Positions 27,170 to 40,395 of a stretch of 64,000 nt of DNA are shown piece by piece. Both the position numbers and the translations under genes were made by a program. How positions within the stretch are numbered: the stretch's first letter is position 1; every line of letters begins with the position of its first letter. The stretch comes from Eledone cirrhosa (taxonomy: Eukaryota), in contig OZ024756.1 of the NCBI GenBank assembly GCA_964016885.1, positions 2,232,001 to 2,296,000 of the forward strand, given 5' to 3'. The notes under the pieces were generated by a model. That model saw only the letters and a list, made by a program, of their open reading frames with translations, was not told the DNA's origin and did no database searches.

Positions 27170-28810
27170 AGACAACTCTCTCTCATCTCTCACTCTCACA
27201 TCTCTCATCACTCTCTCACTCTCTCACTCCTCTCATCTCTCTCTCACTCCTCTCTCTCACACTTCTCATCTCTCTCTCATCTCTCTCTCTCACTTTTCTC
27301 ATCTCTCACTCTCATCTCTCACTCATCTCTCTCTCTCACCTCTCATCTCTCTCTCACTCTCATCTCTCTCTCACTACTCTCTCTCACTCTCTCACTCTTA
27401 TCTCTCTCTCATCTATCTCTCTCACTTTTCTCATCTCTCACCTCTCTCATCTCTCTCTCACTCTTTTCATCTCTCTCTCTCTCTCACTCTCATCTCTCTC
27501 TCACTCCTCTCACCTCTCATCTCTCATCACTCTCTCTCACTCCTCTCATCTCTCTCTCACTCCTCTCACCTCTAATCATTCTCTCTCACTCCACTCATCT
27601 CTCTCTCTCTTCCACTCCTCTCATCTTTCTCACTCCTCTCATCTCACTCAACCCCTCTCTCTCAGCCCTCTTATCTCTCCCTCACTCCCCCCCCCCACAA
27701 CGTTATCTTCACCCGACTATTTCAATGCAATTCAATTTATTGACAAAGGATGTTTTTACCTCAATAACTACACACACACACCACACACACACACACCACA
27801 CACACACACACACACACCACACACACACACACACACACCACACACACACACCACACACCACACACACCACACACCACACGCACCACACACACCACACACA
27901 CACACACACCACACACACCACACACACCCACACACCACACACACTCACACACACACAATACATACACACCAAACACCACCCACACACTCCACACCCACAC
28001 ATACCACACACACACCACACACACCACACACACACCACACACACACACCACACACACACACCACATACATACCACACACACACCACACATTTCACACACA
28101 CACCACACACACTCACACACACCATACACACACCACCCACCACCCCACACACACATACCCCCCCCAAGAACACACACTCATCTGCCCACCCTCCCTTCTA
28201 TCACTATTTTCACTCCTACCTTCCCTCTTACTCCCCCTCTCTGTCCGCCTTCACTTTCCTCCCCACTCAATGTTTTTGTTATTTTCTCTCTCTCCCTCTC
28301 CCTCTATCTCTGTCACTCTCACTCTCCCTCTCTCTGTGTCACTCTCACTACCTCTTCATCTCTCTTCTCTCCTCCCCTTCCTTACCTTATGTTCCTTATC
28401 TTCACCTCCTCATCTTAATCTTCCCAATTCTCCTCCAACATATCTGCCACTCCACACACCACACTCCACCCTCCATCATCCACAAACCACACTACACTGC
28501 CCCCCCCACACACACACCACACTCCGCATACCACACTCAAAACTCCACACCCGACACTCCACAGCCCACGCTTCACACTCCACAGCCCACGCTTCACACT
28601 CCACACACCACATTCCATCTCCACACTCCAGCACACACACACACCACACTAAACTTCACACACCGCACTTCACACACAACACTCCACACTCCACCTCCAC
28701 ACTCCACCTCCACAACACACTTCACACTCCACTCTCCACACTGCTACCTACACTCCACATTCCACTATCCACACTCCACACAACACTCCACCAATCACAC
28801 TCCACTCGCT
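27170..28810. repeat. CT-rich then CA-rich low-complexity tract
   Basis: Direct reading. Confidence 0.93.
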
Positions 28811-28854
28811 TTCTCTATAACTTTCCTCTACTCCTCTCCTTCCATCTGCTTCTT

Positions 28855-29078
28855 CTAGACCTTAACCGTCGCCATCTTGCCATCTAAATATCCAGACCTT
28901 AACCGTCGCCATCTTGCCATCTAAATATCTAAACCTTAACCCTCGCCATCTTGCCATCTAAATATCTAAACCTTAACCGTCGCCATCTTGCCATCTAAAT
29001 ATCCAAACCTTAACCGTCGCCATCTTGCCATCTAATTATCCAGACCTTAACCGTCGCCATCTTGCCATCTAAATATCT
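28855..29078. repeat. 37-bp tandem repeat, 6 copies (accttaaccgtcgccatcttgccatctaaatatccag)
   Basis: cttaacc recurs at 28861, 28898 and onward with period 37. Confidence 0.95.
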
Positions 29079-29277
29079 CACAATAATTCTGATAATTCAG
29101 TTTTAACCAACAATTCTCTCCATCTTTCGTATTTCTATCTTTAACACAATATGTCGTCTGTTTCTCTGATGTCAGCCATTGTTCCTCAAATTATACAAAA
29201 AACAATTAATTTGTCAGATCTACGAGAAACGGATCTTAACTGAAATATTGGAAACTGTGTAACTACTCTGGCTCACC

Positions 29278-30430
29278 CTGTCTCTCTCTCTATCTCTCTC
29301 TGTCTCTCTCTAACTCTGTCTCTCCCTGTCTCTTGCTCTATCTCTCTCTGTATCTCTCTCTAACCCTGTCTCTCCCTGTCTCTCTCTCTATCTCTCCTTC
29401 TCTCTCTCTCTAACTCTCTCTCTGTCTCTCCCTGTCTCTCTCTCTCTCTCTCTCTCTCCTTCTCTCTCTCTAACTCCGTCTCTCCCTGTCTCTCTCTCTC
29501 CTTCTCTCTCTCTAACTCTGTCTCTCTCTGTCTCTCTCTCTGTCTCTCCTTCTATCTCTCTAACTCTGTCTCTCCCTGTCTTTTCTCTCTATCTCTCCTT
29601 CTCTCTCTCTAACTCTGTCTCTCCCTGTCTCTCTCTCTCTATCTCTCTCTGTCTCTCTCTCTGTGTCTCTCTCTAACTCTGTCTCTCCCTGTCTCTCTCT
29701 CTATCTCTCTGTCTCTCTCTCTAACTCTGTCTCTCCCTGTCTCTCTCTCTATCTCTCCTTCTCTCTCTCTAACTCTGTCCCTCCCTCTATCTCTCCTTCT
29801 TTCTCTCTAACTCTGTCTCTCCCTGTCTCTCTCTCTATCTCTCCTTCTCTCTCTCTAACTCTGTCTCTCCCTGTCTCTCTCTCTATCTCTCTCTGTCTCT
29901 CTCTAATTCTGTCTCTCTCTTCTCCCTGTCTCTCTCTCTATCTCTCCTACTCTCTCTCTAACTCTGTCTCTCCCTGTCTCTCTCTAACTCTGTCTCCCTG
30001 TCTCTCTCTCTATCTCTCCTCTCTCTAACTCTGTCTCTCCCTGTCTCTCTCTATCTCTCCCTGTCTCTCTCTCTATCTCTCTGCCTGCTTCTATCTCTGT
30101 CTATGCCGGTTTCTCTTTGTTTGTGTCAATCTCTCTCTCTCTCTCTCACTTATGTCTGTCTCTCTGTCAGTCACTTTGTCATTCCGTCTATCTACCTCTC
30201 TATCTCTCTATATATTCCCCTCTCTACCTCTCTTTATCCCCCTCTCTATCTTCCTCTCTCTTTCTCTACCTCTCTATCTCCCTCTCTATCTTCCCCTCTA
30301 TCTGTCTCTCCATCTACTTCTCTATCTCCCTCTCTATCTCTCTATCTATTCCCCTCTCTACCTCTCTCTATCTTCCTCTCTCTCTCTACCTCTAGCTGTC
30401 TCTCTAACTCCCTCTCTATCTGTCCCTCTG
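29278..30430. repeat. CT-rich about 45-50-bp minisatellite (ctctaactctgtctctccctgtc...) grading into low complexity
   Basis: Recurring taactctgtctctccctg anchor. Confidence 0.9.
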
Positions 30431-30769
30431 TAGACCCACACGTACACACCACACACACAACACACACACACACGTTTTCCCTTCCACCACCCATCCTTTT
30501 CCCTCTCCCTCTTCCAACTCCCCTCTCACCCTTCAAACTCCCCCACCCCCTCTAACGAACTAACAGACTTAACTGATAATTCCCGTCCATTTCTCGTGGG
30601 ACCAACCAACATTATTTTCATAATTTGCCCGCGGGTACAACTAACCTCTCCTACCAAACTGTAACGACTTTGAAAGCTGACGAGGTGGGGTGGGGTGGGG
30701 TCGGCTGCTGTATTTGGTACACCGCTTGTAGAGCGGTGATGGATCAGATTTTAGCAGTGACTGATTATG

Positions 30770-31063
30770 ACGACAGCAGCAACAACAACAACAACAACAG
30801 TAACAGTAACACTAACAACAACAACAACATCAACAACATCACCACCACCACCATCAACAACAACACCACCAACAACAACAGCAACAACAACATCAGCCAT
30901 TACAACAACAGTAACACTAACAACACCAACAGCAAGAACAGCAACAGCAAAAACAACAGCAAAAACAACAACAAACGGCAGCAAAAACAACAACAAAAAG
31001 AACAAAAACTACTACTACTACTACTATTACTAATAATAAAAATAATAATAATAATGCTGCTAT

Positions 31064-31095
<32 letters not shown>

Positions 31096-32310
31096 ATAAT
31101 AATAATAATAATGCTACTACTACTACTACTACTATTATTATTATGACAAGATAATGACAACAACAATGACAACAATAACCACTACAGCCAGTAACAAGAG
31201 CAACAACAACAACCACCACTACAACAACAACACCAACAACAACAGCAGCCACTACAACAACCACTACAACAACAACAACAACATCCACTACAACAACACC
31301 ACCACCACCAACAACAGCCACTACAACAACACCACCACCAACAACAACGACAACAACAACAGCAACAACAGCCACTACAACAACACCACCACCAACAACA
31401 ACGACAACAACAACAACAACAACAGCCACTACAACAACACCACCAACAACAGCCACTACAACAACAACACCACCAGCTACAACTACAACAAAAACACCAA
31501 CAACAACAAAAGCCTCTACAACAGAAACAGCCACTACAACAACAACAACAGCCACAACAACAACAAAAACAACAACAACACCAACAACAGCCACTAAAAC
31601 AACAACAACAGCCACAACAACAACGAAAACAACAACAACAACAACAACAGCCACTACAACAACAACAGTAACTACGACAACAACAACAGCCACTACAACA
31701 ACAACAACAACAACAACCACTACAACAACAACAACCACTACAACAACAACAACAACCACTACAACAACAACAACAACCACTACAACAACAACAACCACTA
31801 CAACAACAACAATATGGTATCTGCAAGAACAAGGACAACAACAACAAGAGCAACAGCAGCAACAGTTACAACAACATCAGCAACAACAATAACAGCAGTA
31901 ACCACCACCACCACCACCACCACCACCACCACCACCAACACCACCACCAACAACGACAACAGCACCACCACCACCACCAACGATAATAGCACCACCACCA
32001 CCATCACCACCACCGACACCACCACCACTACCAACAACGACAACAGCACCACCACCACCACCAACGATAATAGCACCACCACCACCATCACCACCACCGA
32101 CACCACCACCACTACCAACAACGACAACAGCACCACCACCACCACCAACGATAATAGCACCACCACCACCACCACCGACACCACCACCACCACTACCAAC
32201 AACGACAACAGCACCACCACCACCAACGATAATAGCACCACCACCACCACCACCGACACCACCACCACTACCAACAACGACAACAGCACCAACAACAACA
32301 ACAACCACAG
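30770..32310. repeat. (AAC)/(ACT)/(AAT)/(ACC) trinucleotide mosaic
   Basis: Direct reading. Confidence 0.95.
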
Positions 32311-32478
32311 CAGAGTTTGCACCGAATGTTATTTTTATTAGATTAATCTGTTTTACAGTCGACCATAGTGAAGTAGTTTGGCAGATGACAACAGATCGAG
32401 ATCTACATGTACCGTTATATCTAGCTATATATATATATATATATACATGTATATATAGATGTATATATGCATGTATAT

Positions 32479-32530
<52 letters not shown>

Positions 32531-32655
32531 GTATACGCACACACACGTCCATAAAGACATACAGCCATACAACATATCTACACATATTGTTCTCTACATA
32601 TATACAGCTGTTCATGTGTGTAGACATACATAGATGCTTACACACTCACACACAC

Positions 32656-32690
<35 letters not shown>

Positions 32691-32789
32691 TATTGAAGTT
32701 TCCGTTGAACATTGAAAAAGTCATAAGAGGGAAGAGTGCTCTATGTAAGTTACAGAGCTAAATTTAATGTATAATAAACAATACAATAT

Positions 32790-32867
32790 AATTACCTCAT
32801 TACCAGAGGTTTCCCGAATAAGATGAATACAAGAAACGTCCGCATTCGTTCGTCAGACAAGGCAATT
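32790..32867 (-). ncRNA. Type I hammerhead ribozyme, canonical core, in (TA)n-flanked island 32689-32880
   Basis: Minus strand: AATTGCCTTGT-CTGACGA-a-CGAATG...TATTCG-g-GAAA-CC-tct-GG-TA-ATGAGGTAATT. 11-bp stem I (with GU pairs); GUA triplet. Confidence 0.82.
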
Positions 32868-32876
32868 TAAAACATA

Positions 32877-32917
<41 letters not shown>

Positions 32918-33289
32918 CATACATATGTACTTAAATACGTACATACATACAGCTGGGACCGTACACATACATATATAGAGACATACATACATATGTAGAG
33001 ACAGACATACGTACACACACATACACACACATATATATATTTGTGTGTATACATGTATGTATATTTCTGTATGTGGACACACAGACATACAAAATCACAC
33101 ACACACATACACACACACACAGGCACATGTATATCCATGTGTGTTTGTGTTTAAGTATTTCTGTTTTAGGTACTGGCTGATTAAAAAGCCGGGAGTTCTC
33201 TCCCTTGTCACTTCTAAGAGTAATTTTCTGGTGTTTTCCCTCATTGGTGAACAAATTTCAGTTATTTGATCATATATATATATATATAT

Positions 33290-33506
33290 ATAGTAATAAT
33301 AATAAATTTGAAGACTAAAATCCAAAGAGGGCGCGATAAGGATAAATATATATCAAATATATAAGAACCGTAGAGCAAATATTTATTAAAATAACAGATT
33401 AAAGTTTAAGCAAAGAATCGCTGCTTTCACCCTTAACGGGATCTTCTGAAGATCCCGTTAGGGTGAAAGCAGCGATTCTTTGCGTAAACTTTAATCTGTT
33501 ATTTTA

Positions 33507-33514
<8 letters not shown>
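33290..33514. mobile_element. Tail + hairpin insertion whose apex is the hammerhead core
   Basis: Arms 33379-33446/33448-33514. The + strand reads CTGAAGA(33446-52)-t-CCC-gtta-GGG-t-GAAA-GCAG...TTGC. Confidence 0.85.
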
Positions 33515-33578
<64 letters not shown>

Positions 33579-33948
33579 TAGTAGTTAATAACTTTACGTT
33601 ACTATTGGTTCACTAACTCGAGCACTCGTTGATATGGATCGTACATTGACCTGATTAATCGCGAAACACGCGTCACACCTGAATAGAATTAATGATGATA
33701 CTTTGACACTTCGTTCATACTCATTACTATTATATCATATATATATATATATATAAGGGATAACAAAATATCGTTATAGGTAATCCAGTCATTCTGATGA
33801 CCTACAATTAGGAATGAGTAGCAAAGCACTCAATAAGGGTAGGTCCTTAGAGTAATAATATTACGTTTAGTTAGCTTGACAAATTGAAAATTAAGCAGGC
33901 AAAACCCAGCCATACAGTACCAAAACAACGAAAACACTAATCAGGTTA

Positions 33949-34018
<70 letters not shown>

Positions 34019-34042
34019 AATTGGAGACGAACTCATATACTA

Positions 34043-34137
34043 AGCATATCTCACGACCTTTCGATTACAAAGTCAGGTTCGATCTATTAATAGATCTTGC
34101 CTCGAGCTGATCGATAGAGAAACATCTGTAATATGTT
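34043..34137 (+). ncRNA. Hammerhead with enlarged stem II (sibling of 9046-9134), one core mutation
   Basis: AGCATAT-CTCACGA-cCTtTCGAT...ATCGAtAGa-GAAA-CATCTG-TA-ATATGTT; 7-bp stem I. Confidence 0.7.
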
Positions 34138-34532
34138 ATTAAATATTATGATGCAACACTGGTTCCTTGTTGTTTATAGTATATATATATATATAAAAAC
34201 ATGAGAAGAAAGAATAATGCGTGGTTGCACATGGGTTACATATGATAAAAATAGTCCTTCGTCAGTGATTTTCCAACCTTCATTGGTTTCCATCGCTTTA
34301 AAAATCATATACCTCCGGTTGGTGCGAACAATAGCTAAATAAAGCTATTGGGACAAGTAAATCGCGTAAAGCGGGCGAGACAAGTAAACAAACATAGAAG
34401 GATTGATAGCAACGCAAAGATAGGAAAAAACAAGCAACATGGTTATCCGGTCAGCTTAAACTGGGAGGATTTCATGAGCGAGCAAATATACAGACCATCC
34501 GACGTGAGTGAGATGTGAGCAAGAAGAGAACC

Positions 34533-34607
<75 letters not shown>

Positions 34608-35227
34608 GTGTGTGTATGGATATACATATATGTGTGTGTGTGTATGTGTTTGTATGTATACACACAAATAACACACTCACACATTTACATTCATACAAAG
34701 AGAAGTACGTTTCGTTTCTATAATCTGTTCTTTTCCCACATCAACGAAACAACAGTATATACTTTCTTGTAAAAACAGCTGTTCGTCTGAATGCCCTTAT
34801 GAGTTAGACGCTAGTACTTACCACGGGCGGTTTAGTTTAGTTGAAGAATAAGTAACTCACGAAAGACCATGATTTGGATAAAATGCAATCATTGAACGCA
34901 AAAGCAGAAAAATATAAAAATATAAAATGCATTTAAGAGTGAGTTGGAAGGAAGTGTATATGTTTGAAAGAGAATATAAGACAGTGATAGGGCTGTTGTT
35001 TATTTAAGAGACATGCAAAAAGCATTAATCTAATTTGTTCCAATGAAATACACGTATTCTATAGGATTTCGTCAGATTTCTAATATAAATATTATATATA
35101 TATATATATTATATATGGACAGGGAGGGAGAAGAGGTTATGTTGATATGCATTTCATTTCTGTCTATGTTCATTATATACATATTTATCTAATATGTATA
35201 TATAATATTTATACATATATATATACA

Positions 35228-35263
<36 letters not shown>

Positions 35264-35446
35264 TACATACATAGATGTTCGTATATATGATTGTATATAT
35301 ATATATATGTGTACATGAAATATGTTTTTTAAAATTGCACTTGGTTGTATATATATACATAAAATATCTATACATGTATGTATATATATATATATATGTA
35401 ATCTGAGTTTTTCGAATATTAATAATGGCCGGTTTTGCAAAATTCA

Positions 35447-35891
35447 AACAAAAAAGAAAATGTTGCTCTACATGTCTGAATACAATAAATGTAATCTGAG
35501 TATTTCGAATATTAATATGCAAATCTGGGTGATCAGTGAATCTGCTAATATGCAGATCTGACTAATCAGCCAGTCTGCTAATATGCAAATCACGCCGATC
35601 AGTCACTGCGTACTTTTGAAAATAGCATATATTTTCCCTAGCTCTGACAGTTTGGCAGGTGAACAGTGAGCTGTACTGATGAAGGGTGATACCCAGAAAC
35701 ATTAGTGTCTGCAGTTCTGTTCACATGCCAACACAAGAGCAAGAATGAAGGGTTCATTCTACTGACATGGCAATAAAATTGAGACTTGTTTGCATAATTG
35801 CAAACGAATCGAATGTTATTATTAATATTCGAAAAACTCTGATTACATTTATTGTATTCAGCCATGTAGAGCGAAATTTTTTTTTTTTGTT
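35447..35891. mobile_element. MITE-like element with about 70-bp terminal inverted repeats
   Basis: aacaaaaaa..gctctacatg.ctgaatacaataaatgtaatc.gagt.tttcgaatattaata at the left and its reverse complement at about 35819-35891; non-coding interior. Confidence 0.65.
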
Positions 35892-36001
35892 ATATATATA
35901 TATATATATCAAGTAAGAATATTTTCGAAACAGCGAGTTGATTTGAAATTATTAGAAATCTTAGCTATCGCCGTATTTTGACTAAAGCAATTTAATATAT
36001 C

Positions 36002-36040
<39 letters not shown>

Positions 36041-36046
<6 letters not shown>

Positions 36047-36200
36047 GTTAGCTATCGCCGTATGGAAAAAGATGAGTATCGACGTACATGTACGTCGATA
36101 CTCATCTTTTTCCATTTCTCCGAGGGTTCTTAATCCCACTATCAGGCTAAATAATTTCTTTAATTGCTTTAGTCAAAATACGGCGATAGCTAACATTTCT
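36041..36200. mobile_element. Nested palindromic insertion: 23-bp outer IR plus perfect 54-bp inner palindrome
   Basis: Outer arms 36041-36063/36178-36200; inner palindrome 36062-36115 with no loop; a related copy at 35950-35995. Confidence 0.8.
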
Positions 36201-36221
36201 ATATATATATATATATATATA

Positions 36222-36410
36222 CGTTATTCCGGGTTGAATCGGAGGTAACCACAGTAAGTAAGGTACTCAATACATTGCAGAGTATAAAAGTTTTAATATA
36301 GATGAGATTCTACAGGACTAGAACTGTTTCATTCTTTAGAAATCATCAGATTCCTGATGATTTCTAAAGAATGAAACAGTTCTAGTCCTGTAGAATCTCA
36401 TCTATATTAA

Positions 36411-36414
<4 letters not shown>
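36222..36414. mobile_element. Tail + 61-bp hairpin insertion with hammerhead; sibling at 42872-43051
   Basis: Arms 36289-36349/36354-36414. The tail matches the reverse complement of 42991-43050. Confidence 0.88.
36348..36398 (+). ncRNA. Type I hammerhead ribozyme
   Basis: AGATTC-CTGATGA-t-TTC-taaa-GAA-t-GAAA-CAG-ttctagtc-CTG-TA-GAATCT; GUA, predicted cleavage after 36392. Confidence 0.85.
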
Positions 36415-36453
<39 letters not shown>

Positions 36454-36669
36454 GATATATTAAATTGCACTTAGATATGCTCCAACATGATCGTCTGCTC
36501 GTCTCAATAAATCTATATCTATATTTATTGTTGTTGCTGTTGTATTTGTTGTTTAACACCAAATCGGCCCTGATCGAGCAGACCCTTGATTAAAGTTACT
36601 CCAATCGTGACCATCCAGTCTTTTTCTTATGGACAGGGAAACCCCAAAATACATTATCCAAAATATTCA

Positions 36670-37682
36670 GGGGCGGTGGATTGGCTGAATCAGTAGAGCG
36701 TCGGGCGGACTAACGACTCTGCCAGTTCACCGCTACACCATGCTTTGCAGCATAGAGTCATGGCCCTTTACGTTCTGAGTTCCAATCCCGCCGAGGTTAG
36801 CTTTGCCTTTTATCCTTACGAGGTCGATAAAATAAAGTACCAGTAACGTACTAAGGTCGATTTAATCTACTTTCCCCTCTCCACAAAATTGTTGGCCTTA
36901 GGGCGGTGGATTGGGAGTAATTGTTGGAGCGTCGAAACACATGCTTCGTGGCATGGAGTTACAGCCCTTTGAGTTCTGAGTTCAAATCGTTCGTTCTTTC
37001 TTTTATTTTTCTTTCTTTCTTTCATTACTCTCTTTAATAAAGGGGCGGTGGATTGGCAGTATCGGTAGCGGGTCGGACGCCATGCTTTGCAGCATAGAGT
37101 TACGGCCCTTGCCATTCTGAGTTCAAATCCTGTCGAGGTTAACTTTGCCTTTCACCCTTACGGAGTCGACAAAATAAAGTACCAGTCACGCACTGGGGTC
37201 GATTTAACCGACTTTCCCCTTCCCCCCAAATTACTGGTCTTGTGCCTATATAAGAAACCATTACTTTCTTTAATAAAGAGGTAAAATTAAGAAAAGACCA
37301 GTTGGTTGTCCAATCGAATTATCATTTTCTTGATCTCAGTCTGGCTTGTGGAGAAATCAGAATATTGGGGTGGAGCTGACTACCCGCAGGAATCCCGCCA
37401 GTTGGAATGGTTATTTTAACATATCTACCTCCATATATACCGAGGTAAGGCTTTCTCTAATCTGGGACCATGATCCAGTTTGCACTAAGGGTTCTCCACG
37501 CCAGAGAGTGTTCCCCCACTATATCCGGGTAAAGCATTTTGTCCGCTGCTCTATCTATTTACCAAACCACTGCCATTGTGTCGAGGTTAACTTTGCCTTT
37601 CTTCCTTACGAGGTCGATAAAATAAAGTACCAGTAATACACTGGGTAATTGCTGGCCTTGTGCCAAAAGTAGAAACAATTAT
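36670..37682 (+). mobile_element. Cluster of four Nin-type SINE copies; 37043-37258 is full length with an about 20-bp TSD
   Basis: A-box tggcagtatcgg, B-box gagttcaaatcc. cattact(c/t)tctttaataaag is duplicated at 37023-37042 and 37259-37278. Confidence 0.88.
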
Positions 37683-38125
37683 ATAATGAGATCCATGTCG
37701 TGCAATCTAGGTTGTTTGAAGGTGACACGTTCTTATTAAAGGTAAACGAATTCGACATTTGAAAGTGGCTTAGATTTAGAACTGAAAGTATGATTGTTAA
37801 TTGGTTTTCATAACTAATATACGTGTACTGAGAATATATTAGGAGCTGTTAGAGATAATTCTGACTATTTTTCTCACCTTATCTATGTGTGGTATGCTTT
37901 GTCTTATCTTTGGTTGGTCTTATCTTCTTCGCGTTGTCTTTGATGTTCTTGTGATCTCTCTGCTAAGGAGATAAATAGTTGTTGTTGCTGTTGTTGTTGT
38001 TGTTGTTTTGTTTAGCCCCGAGTCACCCTTTATCGAGTGGATCTTTAGCACTCAGGTAAGTGGTGGAGCAAGTTAACTGTGATCCACGTATCCATTATTC
38101 TAGCTATTTCATGTAATTACATAAT

Positions 38126-38311
38126 TGTTTCTACGTTAGGCACAAGGCCAGCAATTACCCAGTGTATTACTGGTACTTTATTTTATCGACCCCGTAAGGA
38201 TGAAAGGCAAAGTTAACCTCGGCGGGATTTGAACTCAGAATGGCAAGGGCCGTAACTCTATGCGTCAAAGCATGGCATCCGCCACTCTACCAATACTGCC
38301 AATCCACCGCC
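38126..38311 (-). mobile_element. Full-length Nin-type SINE with about 18-bp TSD
   Basis: ttcatgtaattacataat at 38108-38125 and 38317-38334. Confidence 0.9.
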
Positions 38312-38659
38312 TGTAATTCATGTAATTACATAATAGATGGTAATACCATTCCCTCTGACATGCAGTTATTTATAGAATGGTGTACACTCTAGCAGTATGG
38401 CTATCTAGACATTGTCCAATATTCTAGTCTTTATGTTTACAGGGTCAATCAATTGACAGAGTGGAAGGTAACAGGATGGACTCAATCGGAATAAGTTAGT
38501 TACTGCTGTTCTTCAGTTGGTTTGTATCGAATGTTCTTGACTAATGAAAATACGGCTTTGAAAATGTAAGAACATATGTCTAAATTACTTTGTGTCACAT
38601 GTTTGGCAAACAATGGTCAGATTATTCTAGTCTAAGCCATGTTTTAACATCTGGTAATT

Positions 38660-39970
38660 CTAATAAGTTGAGGACATTTAAAGGTTTCATTGCTGATAAG
38701 GTGAGGACATTTAAAGGTTTCATTGGTGATAAGTTGAGGACATTTAAAGGTGTCATTGTTGATAAGGTGAGGGCATTTGAAGGTTTCATTGGTGATAAGG
38801 TGAGGGCATTTAAATGTTTCATTGGTGATACGGTAAGGGCATTTGAAGGTTTCATTGGTGATAAGGTGAGGGCATTTAAAGGTTTCATTGCTGATAAGGT
38901 GAGGACATTTAAAGGTTCCATTGGTGATAAGTTGAGGACATTTAAAGGTGTCATTGCTGATAAGGTGTGGGCATTTAAAGGTTTCATTGGCGATACGGTA
39001 AGGGCATTTGAAGGTTTCATTGGTGATAAGGTGAGGGCATTTGAAGGTTTCATTGGTGATAAGGTGAGGGCATTTGAAGGTTTCATTGGTGATAAGGTGA
39101 TGGCATTTGAAGGTTTCATTGGTGATAAGGTGATGGCATTTGAAGGTTTCATTGGTGATAAGGTGATGGCATTTGAAGGTTTCATTGGTGATAAGGTGAG
39201 GGCATTTGAAGGTTTCATTGGTGATAAGGTGAGGGCATTTGAAGGTTTCATTGGTGATAAGGTGATGGCATTTGAAGGTTTCATTGGTGATAAGGTGATG
39301 GCATTTGAAGGCTTCATTGGTGATAAGGTGAGGGCATTTGAAGGTTTCATTGGTGATAAGGTGAGGGCATTTGAAGGTTTCATTGGTGATAAGGTGATGG
39401 CATTTGAAGGTTTCATTGGTGATAAGGTGAGGGCATTTGAAGGTTTCATTGGTGATAAGGTGATGGCATTTGAAGGTTTCATTGGTGATAAGGTGATGGC
39501 ATTTGAAGGTTTCATTGGTGATAAGGTGAGGGCATTTGAAGGTTTCATTGGTGATAAGGTGAGGGCATTTGAAGGTTTCATTGGTGATAAGGTGATGGCA
39601 TTTGAAGGTTTCATTGGTGATAAGGTGAGGGCATTTGAAGGTTTCATTGGTGATAAGGTGAGGGAATTTGAAGGTTTCATTGGTGATAAGGTGAGGGCAT
39701 TTGAAGGTTTCATTGCTGATAAGGTGAGGGCATTTAAAGGTTTCATTGCTGATATGGTGAGGGCATTTGAAGGTTTCATTGGTGATAAGGTGAGGGCATT
39801 TGAAGGTTTCATTGGTGATAAGGTGAGGGCATTTAAAGGTTTCATTGCTGATATGGTGAGGACATTTGAAGGTTTCATTGGTGATAAGGTGAGGGCATTT
39901 GAAGGTTTCATTGGTGATAAGGTGAGGGCATTTGAAGGTTTCATTGGTGATAAGGTGATGGCATTTGAAG
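38660..39970. repeat. 33-bp minisatellite (ttcattggtgataaggtgagggcatttgaaggt), about 40 copies
   Basis: Period 33, with a homogeneous centre and divergent edges. Confidence 0.98.
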
Positions 39971-40089
39971 TATTCCTTGCTGAATTACTGATTGTTTGGT
40001 GTTTAATAACGAAAACGATATTGCACGTGAGGGCCGTTAACCTCTCAACTGACTATTTGAAATATTTCCTTCAACGAAGAGGCCTCAAG

Positions 40090-40395
40090 TAGTCCCATAC
40101 TCTCAATGAAGGAGCTTCAAACAGCCTCATACTAACAACAAAGGGGCCTAAATTAACCCCTATACTCTCAACGAAGTCCTCTCATATAACCCAATACACG
40201 CAACGAAGGACCCCCCCCCCCCGTTACACGCAACAAAGTAGCCTCAAACACCCCATACTCTCAACAAAGTTGCCTCAAATAACCCCATACTTTCAATTAA
40301 GTGGCACAAAACTCCCATAATCTCAATGATGTCGCTTCAACTAACCCCATACTCTCAACAAAGGGGCCTTGAAACTCCCCATACCCTCAACGACG
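40090..40395. repeat. Degenerate about 30-35-bp tandem repeat (ccccatactctcaacaaag...)
   Basis: About nine recurrences of ccc(c)atactctcaa. Confidence 0.8.

Noticed and set aside
33785-33840. CTGATGA-CCTA-caat-TAGG hairpin as a hammerhead
   Set aside because: Followed by GAAT rather than GAAA and no stem I could be paired; left uncalled.
37878-37962. Minus-strand exon-like segment with good splice sites
   Set aside because: Stops in all three frames.
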